Of a DNA stretch of 64,000 nt, positions 1 to 7,847 are shown in pieces. How positions within the stretch are numbered: position 1 is the first letter of the stretch; each line of letters opens with the position of its first letter. The stretch is from Oscillospiraceae bacterium (GTDB lineage Bacteria > Bacillota > Clostridia > Oscillospirales > SIG627), in contig SVQO01000008.1 in NCBI GenBank assembly GCA_015065325.1, positions 7,840 through 71,839 of the forward strand, given 5' to 3'. A program made the translations under genes and the position numbers. Below the pieces are notes generated by a model. That model was not told the DNA's origin, searched no databases, and saw nothing but the letters and a program-made list of their open reading frames with translations.

Positions 1-450
1 TTCAATCCCTTCGGCGTTCTGATGGGCATTCTCTCGGGTCTGTCTTACAGCATTTACAGCATTATTGCCAAGGAGGAGGTGCTTCGCGGCTACCATTCTC
101 TGTCTGCCACCCTGTATCACTTTATGATTATGGGGCTGATCGGACTGTTTTTCTTGGATCTGCCCACCTATATCCCTTGCGTGGCAAAGGCACCTTTGCC
201 CGTGATCCCGCTTTTGATCGGCATTGGTCTTGTGACCTGTGTGATCCCTTACTTTATGTTTTCTCTGTCGCTCAAATACGTGCCCGTAGGTACCGCGGCG
301 GCGCTGGGAGTCATTGAGCCTATGTCCGCTACGATTTACAGCGTGACCTTCTTCCCCGAGAAGGAGCACCTGACCGTTCCCGCCGTAATCGGGATCGTGT
401 TGATCTTGGGTGCCTGTCTTGTGTTCAGTACCATTCGGGAGGACGCGTGA
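1..450 (+). CDS. EamA/DMT-family transporter, C-terminal part (5' end lies outside the window)
   Basis: Frame 1 is open from nt 1 to TGA at 448-450. The sequence is strongly hydrophobic and multi-TM, typical of the second EamA repeat. Its stop overlaps the next gene's ATG (TGATG). Confidence 0.55.
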   Translation, partial: FNPFGVLMGILSGLSYSIYSIIAKEEVLRGYHSLSATLYHFMIMGLIGLFFLDLPTYIPCVAKAPLPVIPLLIGIGLVTCVIPYFMFSLSLKYVPVGTAAALGVIEPMSATIYSVTFFPEKEHLTVPAVIGIVLILGACLVFSTIREDA

Positions 451-2507
451 TGGAGAATACTGCTTTTTTACACGGAAAATGGATCTGTCCCGCGGAATTT
501 GCGGATTTGGAGCCGATCGATCTGTTTCATAAGCAGCTGGACAAACGGAAGATCGAGCTCCCCCTTGCTCTGCAAAACCGTCATTTCCTTATGCGGGGAT
601 GCTTGAAGCTTGAAACGAAACGCGGAGCCTACCGCATCCGCATTACCGCGGATGACTACTACAAGCTTTGGATCAACGGGCGCTTCGTTTGCCAAGGCCC
701 TTCTCAGGGCTACTTTTTCAACTATTATTGGAACGAGGCGGATATTACCGAATATCTGACCGAGGGTGAAAACGAGATCGTGGCAGAGCTGTATTATCAA
801 GGCCTGATCAACCGCGCCTACAACAGCGGCGACCGACGGGTAGGTCTTATTGCGGAGGTGCACGGGGAAAACGGACTCTGCCTTGCTACTGACGAAACCT
901 GGGAGTGCGCGGCGATCCGCGCCTATTCCATTACCCACGCCATCGGTCACAAAACCACCTTTGCGGAAAATTTTGACAGCCGCATCCCCCGCGATCCATG
1001 GCAATCCTGCGCGGTAAAGGAAACGGATCACCGTTTTGCGCCAAAGCCCGTAAAGACCTTGCAGGTCTATACGAAAAAGCCGATCTCCTCTCAACCCTTG
1101 GAACGGGGGATCTTTTATGATTTCGGGCAGGAGCTTACCGCCGCCCTGCGGATCCGCGCCCGCGGAACGGACGGGGCAAGGATCCGTATCCTCTGCGGAG
1201 AGGAAACGGATGAGTCTGCCGAGAAGACCCGCTACCAAATGCGATGCGGCTGCCACTGCGAGGAGTGGTGGACCCTTGCAAACGGGGAATGTCTCTTGGA
1301 ACAATACGACTACCGCGCCTTCCGCTACGTGACCCTTATCCCCGACGAGGGGGTGGAGATCCTTTCCTTGGAGGCGATGGTGCGCCACTGGCCCTTTGAC
1401 GACGCTTACTGTACGCTGGAAACGAAGGACGAGGTGTTGCAGGCAGTTTGGCAAATTTGCAAAAACGGCGTAAAATTCGGCGCGCAGGAGGTTTTTGTGG
1501 ATTGCCCCATGCGTGAAAAGGGGCAATACGCGGGGGATCTGACCGTAACCAGCGCGGCGCATATCGTTTTGACGGGAGACCTTTCTCTTTTTGAAAAAGC
1601 ACTGGAAAATCAGATGCAGTCCGCCTTTATCTGCAAGGGTCTGATGGCGGTGACCCCCGGATCTCTGATGCAGGAGATCGCGGATTATTCTCTGCAGTTT
1701 CCCATTCTTGCACTGCGTCATTTCCGCTATACGGGTGACCGCGAGACCTTAGAGCGTTGCTACGAGACCTGCCTGGGGATCGTGGAGCACTTCCGCGGAT
1801 TTGAGGGAGAGGACGGACTACTCAGCGGTGTTTGGGACAAGTGGAATCTGGTGGATTGGCCGCAGAATTTGCGGGACGGATACGATTTCCCCTTGGAGTC
1901 TGTTATGCCCAAGGACAGCCCCGCGCACAACGTTCTCAACGCCTTTTATATCGGATGCGTCTTGCAGACCGAGGAGATCGCCGAGCTTCTTGGCAAGCCC
2001 TGCGAGAAGCGGGGAGACGCTTTAAAAAAAGCCTTTCACCGTGCCTTTTACCATGAGGAGACGGGACTTTTCACCGACTGTGCCGAAAGCGAGCACAGCT
2101 CTCTTCACGCCAACGTAATTCCCGCCTTTTACGGGATCCACCGACCTGAAAATGCCGCCGCCATCCGCGATCACATTATGAAAAAGGGACTTTCCTGCGG
2201 TGTGTATATGTCGTACTTTTTGCTGAAGGCTCTGTGCAGAATGGGCTTTTACGAGGATGCCTACCGCCTGATCGTCAACCAAAGCGAGCACTCCTGGTAC
2301 AATATGGTACGGGAGGGGGGAACCTGCTGCTTCGAGGCCTGGGGCAAGGATCAGAAGTGGAATACCAGCCTTTGCCACCCTTGGGCGTCGGCACCGATCT
2401 CCGTTTTGGCAGAGGATATTCTGCCCCGCCACCCCGAATACGGCAGGCTCGTTTATAAGGACGGTGAAGGATTGCGGGGTCTGCCCCGCACCCCGCAAGC
2501 TTTTTGA
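450..2507 (+). CDS. Glycoside hydrolase family 78 (alpha-L-rhamnosidase-like)
   Basis: The N-terminal region 'YRIRITADDYYKLWINGRFVCQGPS...NEIVAELYY' is rhamnosidase-like. 'VDCPMREKGQYAGD' and 'CFEAWG...SLCHPWASAP' match the six-hairpin catalytic-domain signatures. GGAGG lies 7 nt before the ATG at 450. Confidence 0.7.
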   Translation: MENTAFLHGKWICPAEFADLEPIDLFHKQLDKRKIELPLALQNRHFLMRGCLKLETKRGAYRIRITADDYYKLWINGRFVCQGPSQGYFFNYYWNEADITEYLTEGENEIVAELYYQGLINRAYNSGDRRVGLIAEVHGENGLCLATDETWECAAIRAYSITHAIGHKTTFAENFDSRIPRDPWQSCAVKETDHRFAPKPVKTLQVYTKKPISSQPLERGIFYDFGQELTAALRIRARGTDGARIRILCGEETDESAEKTRYQMRCGCHCEEWWTLANGECLLEQYDYRAFRYVTLIPDEGVEILSLEAMVRHWPFDDAYCTLETKDEVLQAVWQICKNGVKFGAQEVFVDCPMREKGQYAGDLTVTSAAHIVLTGDLSLFEKALENQMQSAFICKGLMAVTPGSLMQEIADYSLQFPILALRHFRYTGDRETLERCYETCLGIVEHFRGFEGEDGLLSGVWDKWNLVDWPQNLRDGYDFPLESVMPKDSPAHNVLNAFYIGCVLQTEEIAELLGKPCEKRGDALKKAFHRAFYHEETGLFTDCAESEHSSLHANVIPAFYGIHRPENAAAIRDHIMKKGLSCGVYMSYFLLKALCRMGFYEDAYRLIVNQSEHSWYNMVREGGTCCFEAWGKDQKWNTSLCHPWASAPISVLAEDILPRHPEYGRLVYKDGEGLRGLPRTPQAF

Positions 2508-2550
2508 AAAAAAGCTTGACCAAAAACTTTCCGCAAAAAACAGTTTTATG

Positions 2551-2583
2551 AAAAAAATCCCTCTGCTTCAATCGCAGAGGGAT
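2551..2583. terminator. Bidirectional intrinsic terminator hairpin, copy 1 of a perfect 33-bp direct repeat
   Basis: AAAAAAA-ATCCCTCTGC-TTCAATC-GCAGAGGGAT followed by TTTT. It is identical to 3523-3555. Confidence 0.75.
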
Positions 2584-2595
2584 TTTTGCTATTCT

Positions 2596-3144
2596 TTATT
2601 CGGGAAAACGGAGGATCGTTTTTTTCTTTTTTATGGCATAATCAAGAGCGATTTTTGTTCCGCTTTTACCGTTTTTGGGTTGATAGCTTTTTTCGTAGTA
2701 AACGATACAAAAATTGCTTCGGTCGATCATTTCGTAATTTCTCTTGATATAAGCGAAGCGATTGCTGCCAAGTACTTTTGGAGGATAATACGTTTCTTCA
2801 TAAAATTTAAGCAGGTATGATTGATAGTCATTGCTAATGAAAGGGTATTCAGCTCTGACGTATATTCTTTTTATTTTAGGATACTTTTCTCTTAAAACGC
2901 TTACCAATTCATAGCAGAGATCATTGAATTGACTTTTGCTGCCGAAAAGAAAAACGGTAACGTTTTCTGTATTGATCAATTCTTCGATTTTGTTATACAA
3001 ATTACGTTTTAGTTCTTCGGTTACGGATATTATCCGATGACCAAAAAAGCAACAAATGCTTTTTTCGATTTTTCTCACCTCCCTCTTGATGGAACAAATT
3101 TCTATACCACAGATTATTTTATATAATTTAATTCCATATGTCAA
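2596..3144 (-). CDS. SLOG-superfamily / DUF1273 (YpsA/YoqJ-like) protein; start codon uncertain
   Basis: 'CCFFGHR', 'VFLFGSKSQFNDLCYELVSVLREKYPKIKRIYV' and 'IKRNYEMIDRSNFCIVYY' match the DUF1273 layout. The ORF-track start is a TTG without an RBS. An AGGGAGG at about 3086-3092 suggests a shorter product. A spot count of one 60-nt line gives about 32% GC. Confidence 0.6.
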   Translation of the reverse strand: MTYGIKLYKIICGIEICSIKREVRKIEKSICCFFGHRIISVTEELKRNLYNKIEELINTENVTVFLFGSKSQFNDLCYELVSVLREKYPKIKRIYVRAEYPFISNDYQSYLLKFYEETYYPPKVLGSNRFAYIKRNYEMIDRSNFCIVYYEKSYQPKNGKSGTKIALDYAIKKKKTILRFPE

Positions 3145-3212
3145 TGAATATAAATAATTGAATTCCTCATTTTATATAACTGTATGGGCTACAATTATAT
3201 AAGAGGTGGTAA

Positions 3213-3524
3213 GTGATGTACGAAAAAAGATTTGTTAACCGTTTGACGGAATTGCGAATGCAAAAAGGCGTATCTGCACGCGATATGAGCTTAAGTATCG
3301 GTCAATCGGAATCTTATATCAACAAAATTGAAAACGGCGTTTCGCTTCCTTCCATGAGCACGTTTTTTTATATATGCGAATATCTGAATATAACGCCTGC
3401 GCAGTTTTTTGAAGATGAGATAGAATGCCCTGAAATGCTTACGAAGACTGTCGAAAATCTTAAGCAGTTATCTACGGATCAGCTTTCTCATATCAATACC
3501 ATTATCGAAGACATAAAAAGGTAA
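3213..3524 (+). CDS. XRE-family helix-turn-helix transcriptional regulator
   Basis: 'LTELRMQKGVSARDMSLSIGQSESYINKIENGVSLPSMSTFFYICEYLNITPAQFF' is a canonical Cro/C1 HTH. It is divergent from the SLOG gene. RBS is AGAGGTGG. Confidence 0.8.
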   Translation: MMYEKRFVNRLTELRMQKGVSARDMSLSIGQSESYINKIENGVSLPSMSTFFYICEYLNITPAQFFEDEIECPEMLTKTVENLKQLSTDQLSHINTIIEDIKR

Positions 3525-3555
3525 AAAAATCCCTCTGCTTCAATCGCAGAGGGAT
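3523..3555. terminator. Bidirectional terminator hairpin, copy 2 of the 33-bp direct repeat
   Basis: Identical to 2551-2583. It overlaps the XRE stop codon and lies 19 nt past the stop of the minus-strand ceramidase-like gene. Confidence 0.75.
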
Positions 3556-3574
3556 GATTTTTTTGGGGGAGCCT

Positions 3575-5065
3575 TTATCCTTGTGCCTTGCACTCTTTCA
3601 AAAGGCGGACCATTTCTACGGCGAAGTCGTCTCCGGTGGTTTCACAGAAGCGGCTGATGAATACCTCGTAAGCGCCGTGGGGGAAGGCGAGGGCGGAGGG
3701 CACGTAGCCGAAGCCGCCGTTGGAGTAGGAGCAGACGAAGGTCATTTTGAAGGGAGAGCCTTCGCGGACCTGAACGCCGTTGGTATCAAACATTTCGTAG
3801 GGAGCGGTGACAAAGCCGATATCGCCGAAGGAGATGGCGTAGAAGGGTACGTCCAGCGTTTCGCCGAGACTTGCGCGGCGAAGGATGCCTTCGATCTGGC
3901 GGGAGGAGGTAAAGCCGTTTTCTGCCAATGCCTTGGCGTAAGCCTCGGAGCCTTCCGCCTGCTTGTTGACGGTCTGCGCCTTTTCGATCGCCTCGGGGCT
4001 ATCCTGATAAACGGGCGCCTTGTACCAGTTGGAGGCGAAGCGCAGAGGACCGATTGCAACCTGCTCCTCCCCTGCAAGACAGCTTTCCGCGGTGGGGATC
4101 AAGCCTAGCTTGGTAGCATCGACAAAGGTGGAATATTTCCGTTCGCCGGGGATTGCGGAATTGAAGTTCAGATTTCCGGAGGCGCCGCTGTGATAAACGA
4201 AGTGGCAATCCCATTTCTTCTCGGCTTCTTCACGGAACACGTGAATAAAATCCGCGGAGTACTGGTTCTTATACATAGAGGTAGCGGAGCCGTAGTGAGT
4301 CTGATAGTTGACCATCAGAACGTCCTTTTTGTTTTTACGGTCGATGCGGATGGTACGCATCTGACAGTCTGCGTCGGATTCGTGTGCCACGGGGTTGCTG
4401 GATTGGGGGGCGTTGGTCTGGTAGGTTCCGTCTGCCAGCAGATAGCGGCGCACGAAGGTAATTCCCTCGGTATAGCCGGAGCCTACGTAAGCACCTTCGA
4501 CCGGATCCAGGTCGCGGAGTGCCGTGTTGATGGCGACAACCGCCTGGTTCAGCATCAGTACCTTCCATTTCAGAGCGGCGGTACTGTTAAAGGAGGAGTT
4601 GGGCGTGGAGTGAGAGTGGGTCACGTTCAGCACCACGCGGTCGGCGGGAACGTTGAATTCCTTTTGAATGCGGTCGGTAATGTCCTTGGAGAACTCCACG
4701 GTAATATTTTTAATATCCAGCGAGCAAAGCAAAGCCACGCTTCCCTCACCGTCGGAAATGGCGGTGCAGGTAAACATCAAGGGGTCGTGGGTGCTGTTGC
4801 CCGTTCCGTTGTAGATGGGCAGACCCGGCTCGGGGGTAATATCCGCTCTGCCGTAGCCTACGGAAAAGCCCTGGGGAAGCTCGTCGGGAATTTTGAAGTT
4901 TTCAACTTTCTGTGCAGGCTTTTTGCCGCTTTCCTGCTTAACGGAGGTTTTGGATTCTTCCTGCGCTGCGGTGGCTTGCGGTGCTGCCTGCTCCAAATCG
5001 GAAGCGCAGGAAGCAAAGGGGAGACAAAGCGCCAGCACGCAAAGAAGGGCGATCATTCTTTTCAT
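3575..5065 (-). CDS. Lipoprotein, neutral/alkaline non-lysosomal ceramidase-like hydrolase (paralog 0)
   Basis: The start was moved to MKRMIALLCVLALCLPFASC (lipobox, RBS AGGAGAA). Motifs are 'GFSVGYGRADITP', 'HDPLMFTCTAISDG', 'NVTHSHSTP', 'FVRRY', 'VNYQTHYGS', 'SGASGNLNFN', 'FGDIGFVTAPYEMFDTNG' and 'GAYEVF'. The C-terminus is ..CKAQG. Confidence 0.65.
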   Translation of the reverse strand: MKRMIALLCVLALCLPFASCASDLEQAAPQATAAQEESKTSVKQESGKKPAQKVENFKIPDELPQGFSVGYGRADITPEPGLPIYNGTGNSTHDPLMFTCTAISDGEGSVALLCSLDIKNITVEFSKDITDRIQKEFNVPADRVVLNVTHSHSTPNSSFNSTAALKWKVLMLNQAVVAINTALRDLDPVEGAYVGSGYTEGITFVRRYLLADGTYQTNAPQSSNPVAHESDADCQMRTIRIDRKNKKDVLMVNYQTHYGSATSMYKNQYSADFIHVFREEAEKKWDCHFVYHSGASGNLNFNSAIPGERKYSTFVDATKLGLIPTAESCLAGEEQVAIGPLRFASNWYKAPVYQDSPEAIEKAQTVNKQAEGSEAYAKALAENGFTSSRQIEGILRRASLGETLDVPFYAISFGDIGFVTAPYEMFDTNGVQVREGSPFKMTFVCSYSNGGFGYVPSALAFPHGAYEVFISRFCETTGDDFAVEMVRLLKECKAQG

Positions 5066-5332
5066 TTCGTTTTCTCCTGTAAACCCGCTTCTGTGCGGGG
5101 AATTTGACCCGTACATTTTATCACTTGCGCGGCATTCTGTCAAGAAATCGGGACACCGTCGGGCACGTTTTTTTCACGGAAATTTTGTAAAAGAATAAGC
5201 ACCCAAGCCGAAAAATAATCTCGGTTGGGTGCTTTTGTTATGCATCCGTATATAATTCATCCTCCCGCCATTTGAGAGGATTTTCGAAAATGTAACTGCA
5301 TACCTTTACGTATTCCTTTTCATCCCGAATGA

Positions 5333-5626
5333 CCCGATCGTAGAAAGAGCGTTGGAAAATCGGTTTTCCAATTTCCCGATGATTCTCTCGACTGGAAAGA
5401 TACCGCCACACCCGACAGTATTTGCGAACGGGTAACTAAAAAGGTTAAAAACGGTTCTATAGTACTTTTCCATAACGATGCCGACCATACACCCGCCGCC
5501 CTGCCGACAATACTCAAAACCCTAAAAGAACAGGGCTATGAATTCGTATTTATCGAGGACCTAATCTACAAAGAAAACTACGAAATAATCCACGATGGAA
5601 CACAGTGTAAAAAAGACGATGCGTAA
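5333..5626 (+). pseudogene. C-terminal fragment of a NodB-type polysaccharide deacetylase
   Basis: The frame opens only after a TGA at 5330-5332 and has no start codon. It reads '..DSLDWKDTATPDSICERVTKKVKNGSIVLFHNDADHTPAALPTILKTLKEQGYEFVFIEDL..', the typical CE4 C-terminus. A small hairpin plus T-run follows the stop. Confidence 0.55.
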
Positions 5627-5741
5627 TGCATCGCCTTTTTTAGTAAATAGTGAAAATGAAAAGTTTTGGTATGCTTTCGGCACAGATTTCAAACATAGAG
5701 AACCATCTACTATGCTGGTCAAAGCAGTTTTGAGATAGGAA

Positions 5742-5975
5742 CTAATTTAAAAAATTCGCAATATAGTCTTCTGGACCTACGTCAGAACAATCGCTGCACA
5801 AAACGCCGTTATCACCGCCGAGAGTTCCTGCTATTATTGCGGCTTTTTCGGAATGCATTTCGATTTCTACACCGCAATTAGCACACTTCACAACGTTTTT
5901 TGAGTTTTCATCACATCCACTACACAAAGCACATAGTATTATCACCAATAGAATGGATAGTATTTTTTTAGCCAT
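5742..5975 (-). CDS. Small Cys-rich lipoprotein, hypothetical
   Basis: MAKKILSILLVIILCALCSGC lipobox, RBS AAGGAGAA, and two CxxC pairs (CANCG, CSDCS). The region is AT-rich. Confidence 0.45.
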   Translation of the reverse strand: MAKKILSILLVIILCALCSGCDENSKNVVKCANCGVEIEMHSEKAAIIAGTLGGDNGVLCSDCSDVGPEDYIANFLN

Positions 5976-6213
5976 TTTTACTTTCTCCTTTCTTAAAAAA
6001 GTGTGTGTAACCGAAGTTACACACACGAAAAATGTGACTTCGATTTGCTACCACACAAAATCGAATGTTCCCCATCAAGAAATGGAAAAACTGAAGTCAG
6101 CATTTTTACCAAAAATAAAAATGCCACTTCTCGAAAAGGAACAATATTCGATTTTTGTGTGGTGCCCTTATTATAACATATTAATGCAAAATGCACAAGC
6201 CCTTATTTAAATA

Positions 6214-6534
6214 TTACTTTTGTTTCGTATGTTGACAAAACCGCTTGAACGTTGAGACCAAATGCGGAATTTTTGCGTTCGTAGGGGACGGCGCCCTCGA
6301 CGTCCCGCAATCCTCGCACAAAACAACAAAATGAATGTGATTCGGCATAATTACATATTGGTCAATCGTAATTCCTTTTATTTTGTTGGAGGAAAGAAGA
6401 TTTTTCTCCACAATCTTTCCGGTTTCGGTCAATTCAATGTTCGGGACGTCGTAGGCGCCGTCCCCTACGGATAAAACCCGAGACAGGATCGATTTCCGAC
6501 CTTCCGTGCAAACCGTAATAAAATACCTGCCCAC
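6214..6534 (-). pseudogene. Truncated IS200/RayT-like (COG1943, Y1) transposase-related gene
   Basis: 'GRYFITVCTEGRK...IDQYVIMPNHIHFVV' is the family core. The same frame upstream (to 6618) reads 'RWDKHDYSDV' without a canonical start. The C-terminal ~60 aa expected for the family are missing. Confidence 0.5.
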
Positions 6535-6703
6535 GTCCGAATAATCGTGTTTGTCCCAACGAATAGGCTTTCTTTTCTCTTCTCTTTTCCCTCTTACCTT
6601 TTCTCCGGAAAAGCCGCATCATTTTTGGAGAAGAGAGAAAAACGAAAAGTGAAAAGTGAAAAGTACAAAAAGAAAAAGCCACACATTCGTGCGGCTTTCA
6701 TTT

Positions 6704-6779
6704 TGGTGATTCATCGGAGATTCGAACTCCGGACCCCTTGATTAAAAGTCAAGTGCTCTACCGGCTGAGCTAATGAATC
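6704..6779 (-). tRNA. tRNA-Lys (anticodon UUU)
   Basis: I folded the cloverleaf by hand: GATTCAT/ATGAATC acceptor stem, GCTC..GAGC D arm, CTTGA-CTTTTAA-TCAAG anticodon arm, CGGAG-TTCGAAT-CTCCG T arm, and an encoded CCA. A hairpin plus T-run follows at about 6678-6700. Confidence 0.9.
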
Positions 6780-6911
6780 AGGCGCTCTTTCAAGCGTGCC
6801 ATTTATAATATCACAATTTTTTTTCTTTGTCAAGAGATTTTTGCGAAAGTATGGAAAAGAGGATTTTTTTGTGATATACTGATGAAAACACGAGGGAAAG
6901 GGGGCTTTGGA

Positions 6912-7838
6912 ATGGAGATCCTGATAGGAAAGGATCTGGCGGGACTGACCGTCAAGAAGGTATTGTTCGACCGATTGAAGTTTTCCAGAGCCGCCATTAC
7001 GAGTCTGAAGACCCGCGAAATGGGGATCACGGTGAACGGAGAACATAAAACGGTGCGGTACGTGCTCTGTGAGGGGGACGTGCTGCGGCTTGCGGTGGAG
7101 GACACCGAGCCCTCTCCCCGCATTCGGGAAAGCCGCGGGGACATCGACGTGCTGTTTGAGGACGATGCGATCCTTGCGGTGAATAAGCCTGCGGGGATGG
7201 CGGTGCATCCCTCCAAAAAGCTGCAGGATGATACTCTGGCAGGCCGCATCCTTTACCACCGCTACCCCATGGTGTTCCGTGCGGAGGGCAGGCTGGATAA
7301 GAACACCAGCGGCGTGGTGATCTGTGCCAAAAACCAGGTGATCTCCGCCAAGTTTTTCCATATGATAAAGGATCACGGGATCCGCAAGGAATATCTGGTT
7401 CTGACCGAAAGTGAAAGGACTCCTCCCGAAAAGGGGGAGATCGACCTTTGCATCCGTCGGGACGAGATCAGCTATATCAAGCGGGTCTGCTTTGAAGCGG
7501 ACGGAACGGAAAAGGACAGCGAAACGGCTCTGACCACCTTCCGCCTTTTGGCAAGCCGTCCCCCCTACCACCTGTTCCTGGCAAGTCCCGTCACGGGAAG
7601 GACCCATCAGCTCCGCGCCCACTTTTCCGCCATCGGCTTTCCCTTGGCGGGGGATACCCTGTACGGGCGTGAATCCGAGATCATCCCCCGACAGGCGCTC
7701 CACGCCCTGCGTCTCAGCTTCGACCACCCTGCCACGGGTCAGCCTCTGACCGTGACCGCGCCCCTCCACGAGGATTTCAAAAAGGCATTGCTCTCCGCCT
7801 TCGGCGATTCCGTAACGGAAGCAATCTCCAAACTTTGA
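6912..7838 (+). CDS. RluA-family 23S rRNA pseudouridine synthase (RluD-like, S4 domain + catalytic domain)
   Basis: 'ILAVNKPAGMAVHPS', 'GRLDKNTSGVVICAKN' and 'HQLRAHFSAIGFPLAGDTLYG'. The ATG at 6912 follows a GGGGG RBS. The ATG at 6882 sits inside a TGtGATATACT extended -10. Confidence 0.85.
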   Translation: MEILIGKDLAGLTVKKVLFDRLKFSRAAITSLKTREMGITVNGEHKTVRYVLCEGDVLRLAVEDTEPSPRIRESRGDIDVLFEDDAILAVNKPAGMAVHPSKKLQDDTLAGRILYHRYPMVFRAEGRLDKNTSGVVICAKNQVISAKFFHMIKDHGIRKEYLVLTESERTPPEKGEIDLCIRRDEISYIKRVCFEADGTEKDSETALTTFRLLASRPPYHLFLASPVTGRTHQLRAHFSAIGFPLAGDTLYGRESEIIPRQALHALRLSFDHPATGQPLTVTAPLHEDFKKALLSAFGDSVTEAISKL

Positions 7839-7847
7839 GGTATCACT

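Noticed and set aside
468-1721. 417-aa minus-strand ORF inside the GH78 gene
   Set aside because: It is an antisense shadow ORF of a GC-rich coding region. It has Arg/Gly/Pro-rich composition, no RBS and no recognisable motifs. The plus-strand frame carries clear GH78 signatures.
5953-6210. 85-aa plus-strand ORF in the AT-rich islet
   Set aside because: It has no RBS, overlaps the start of the small lipoprotein gene and spans hairpin and inverted-repeat sequence. It is likely non-coding.
6535-6703. Search for an integrase or a duplicated tRNA-Lys 3' segment (att site) next to the tRNA
   Set aside because: I found no integrase-like ORF and no convincing partial tRNA repeat by eye. I therefore report the islet only as a decayed remnant with undefined ends.
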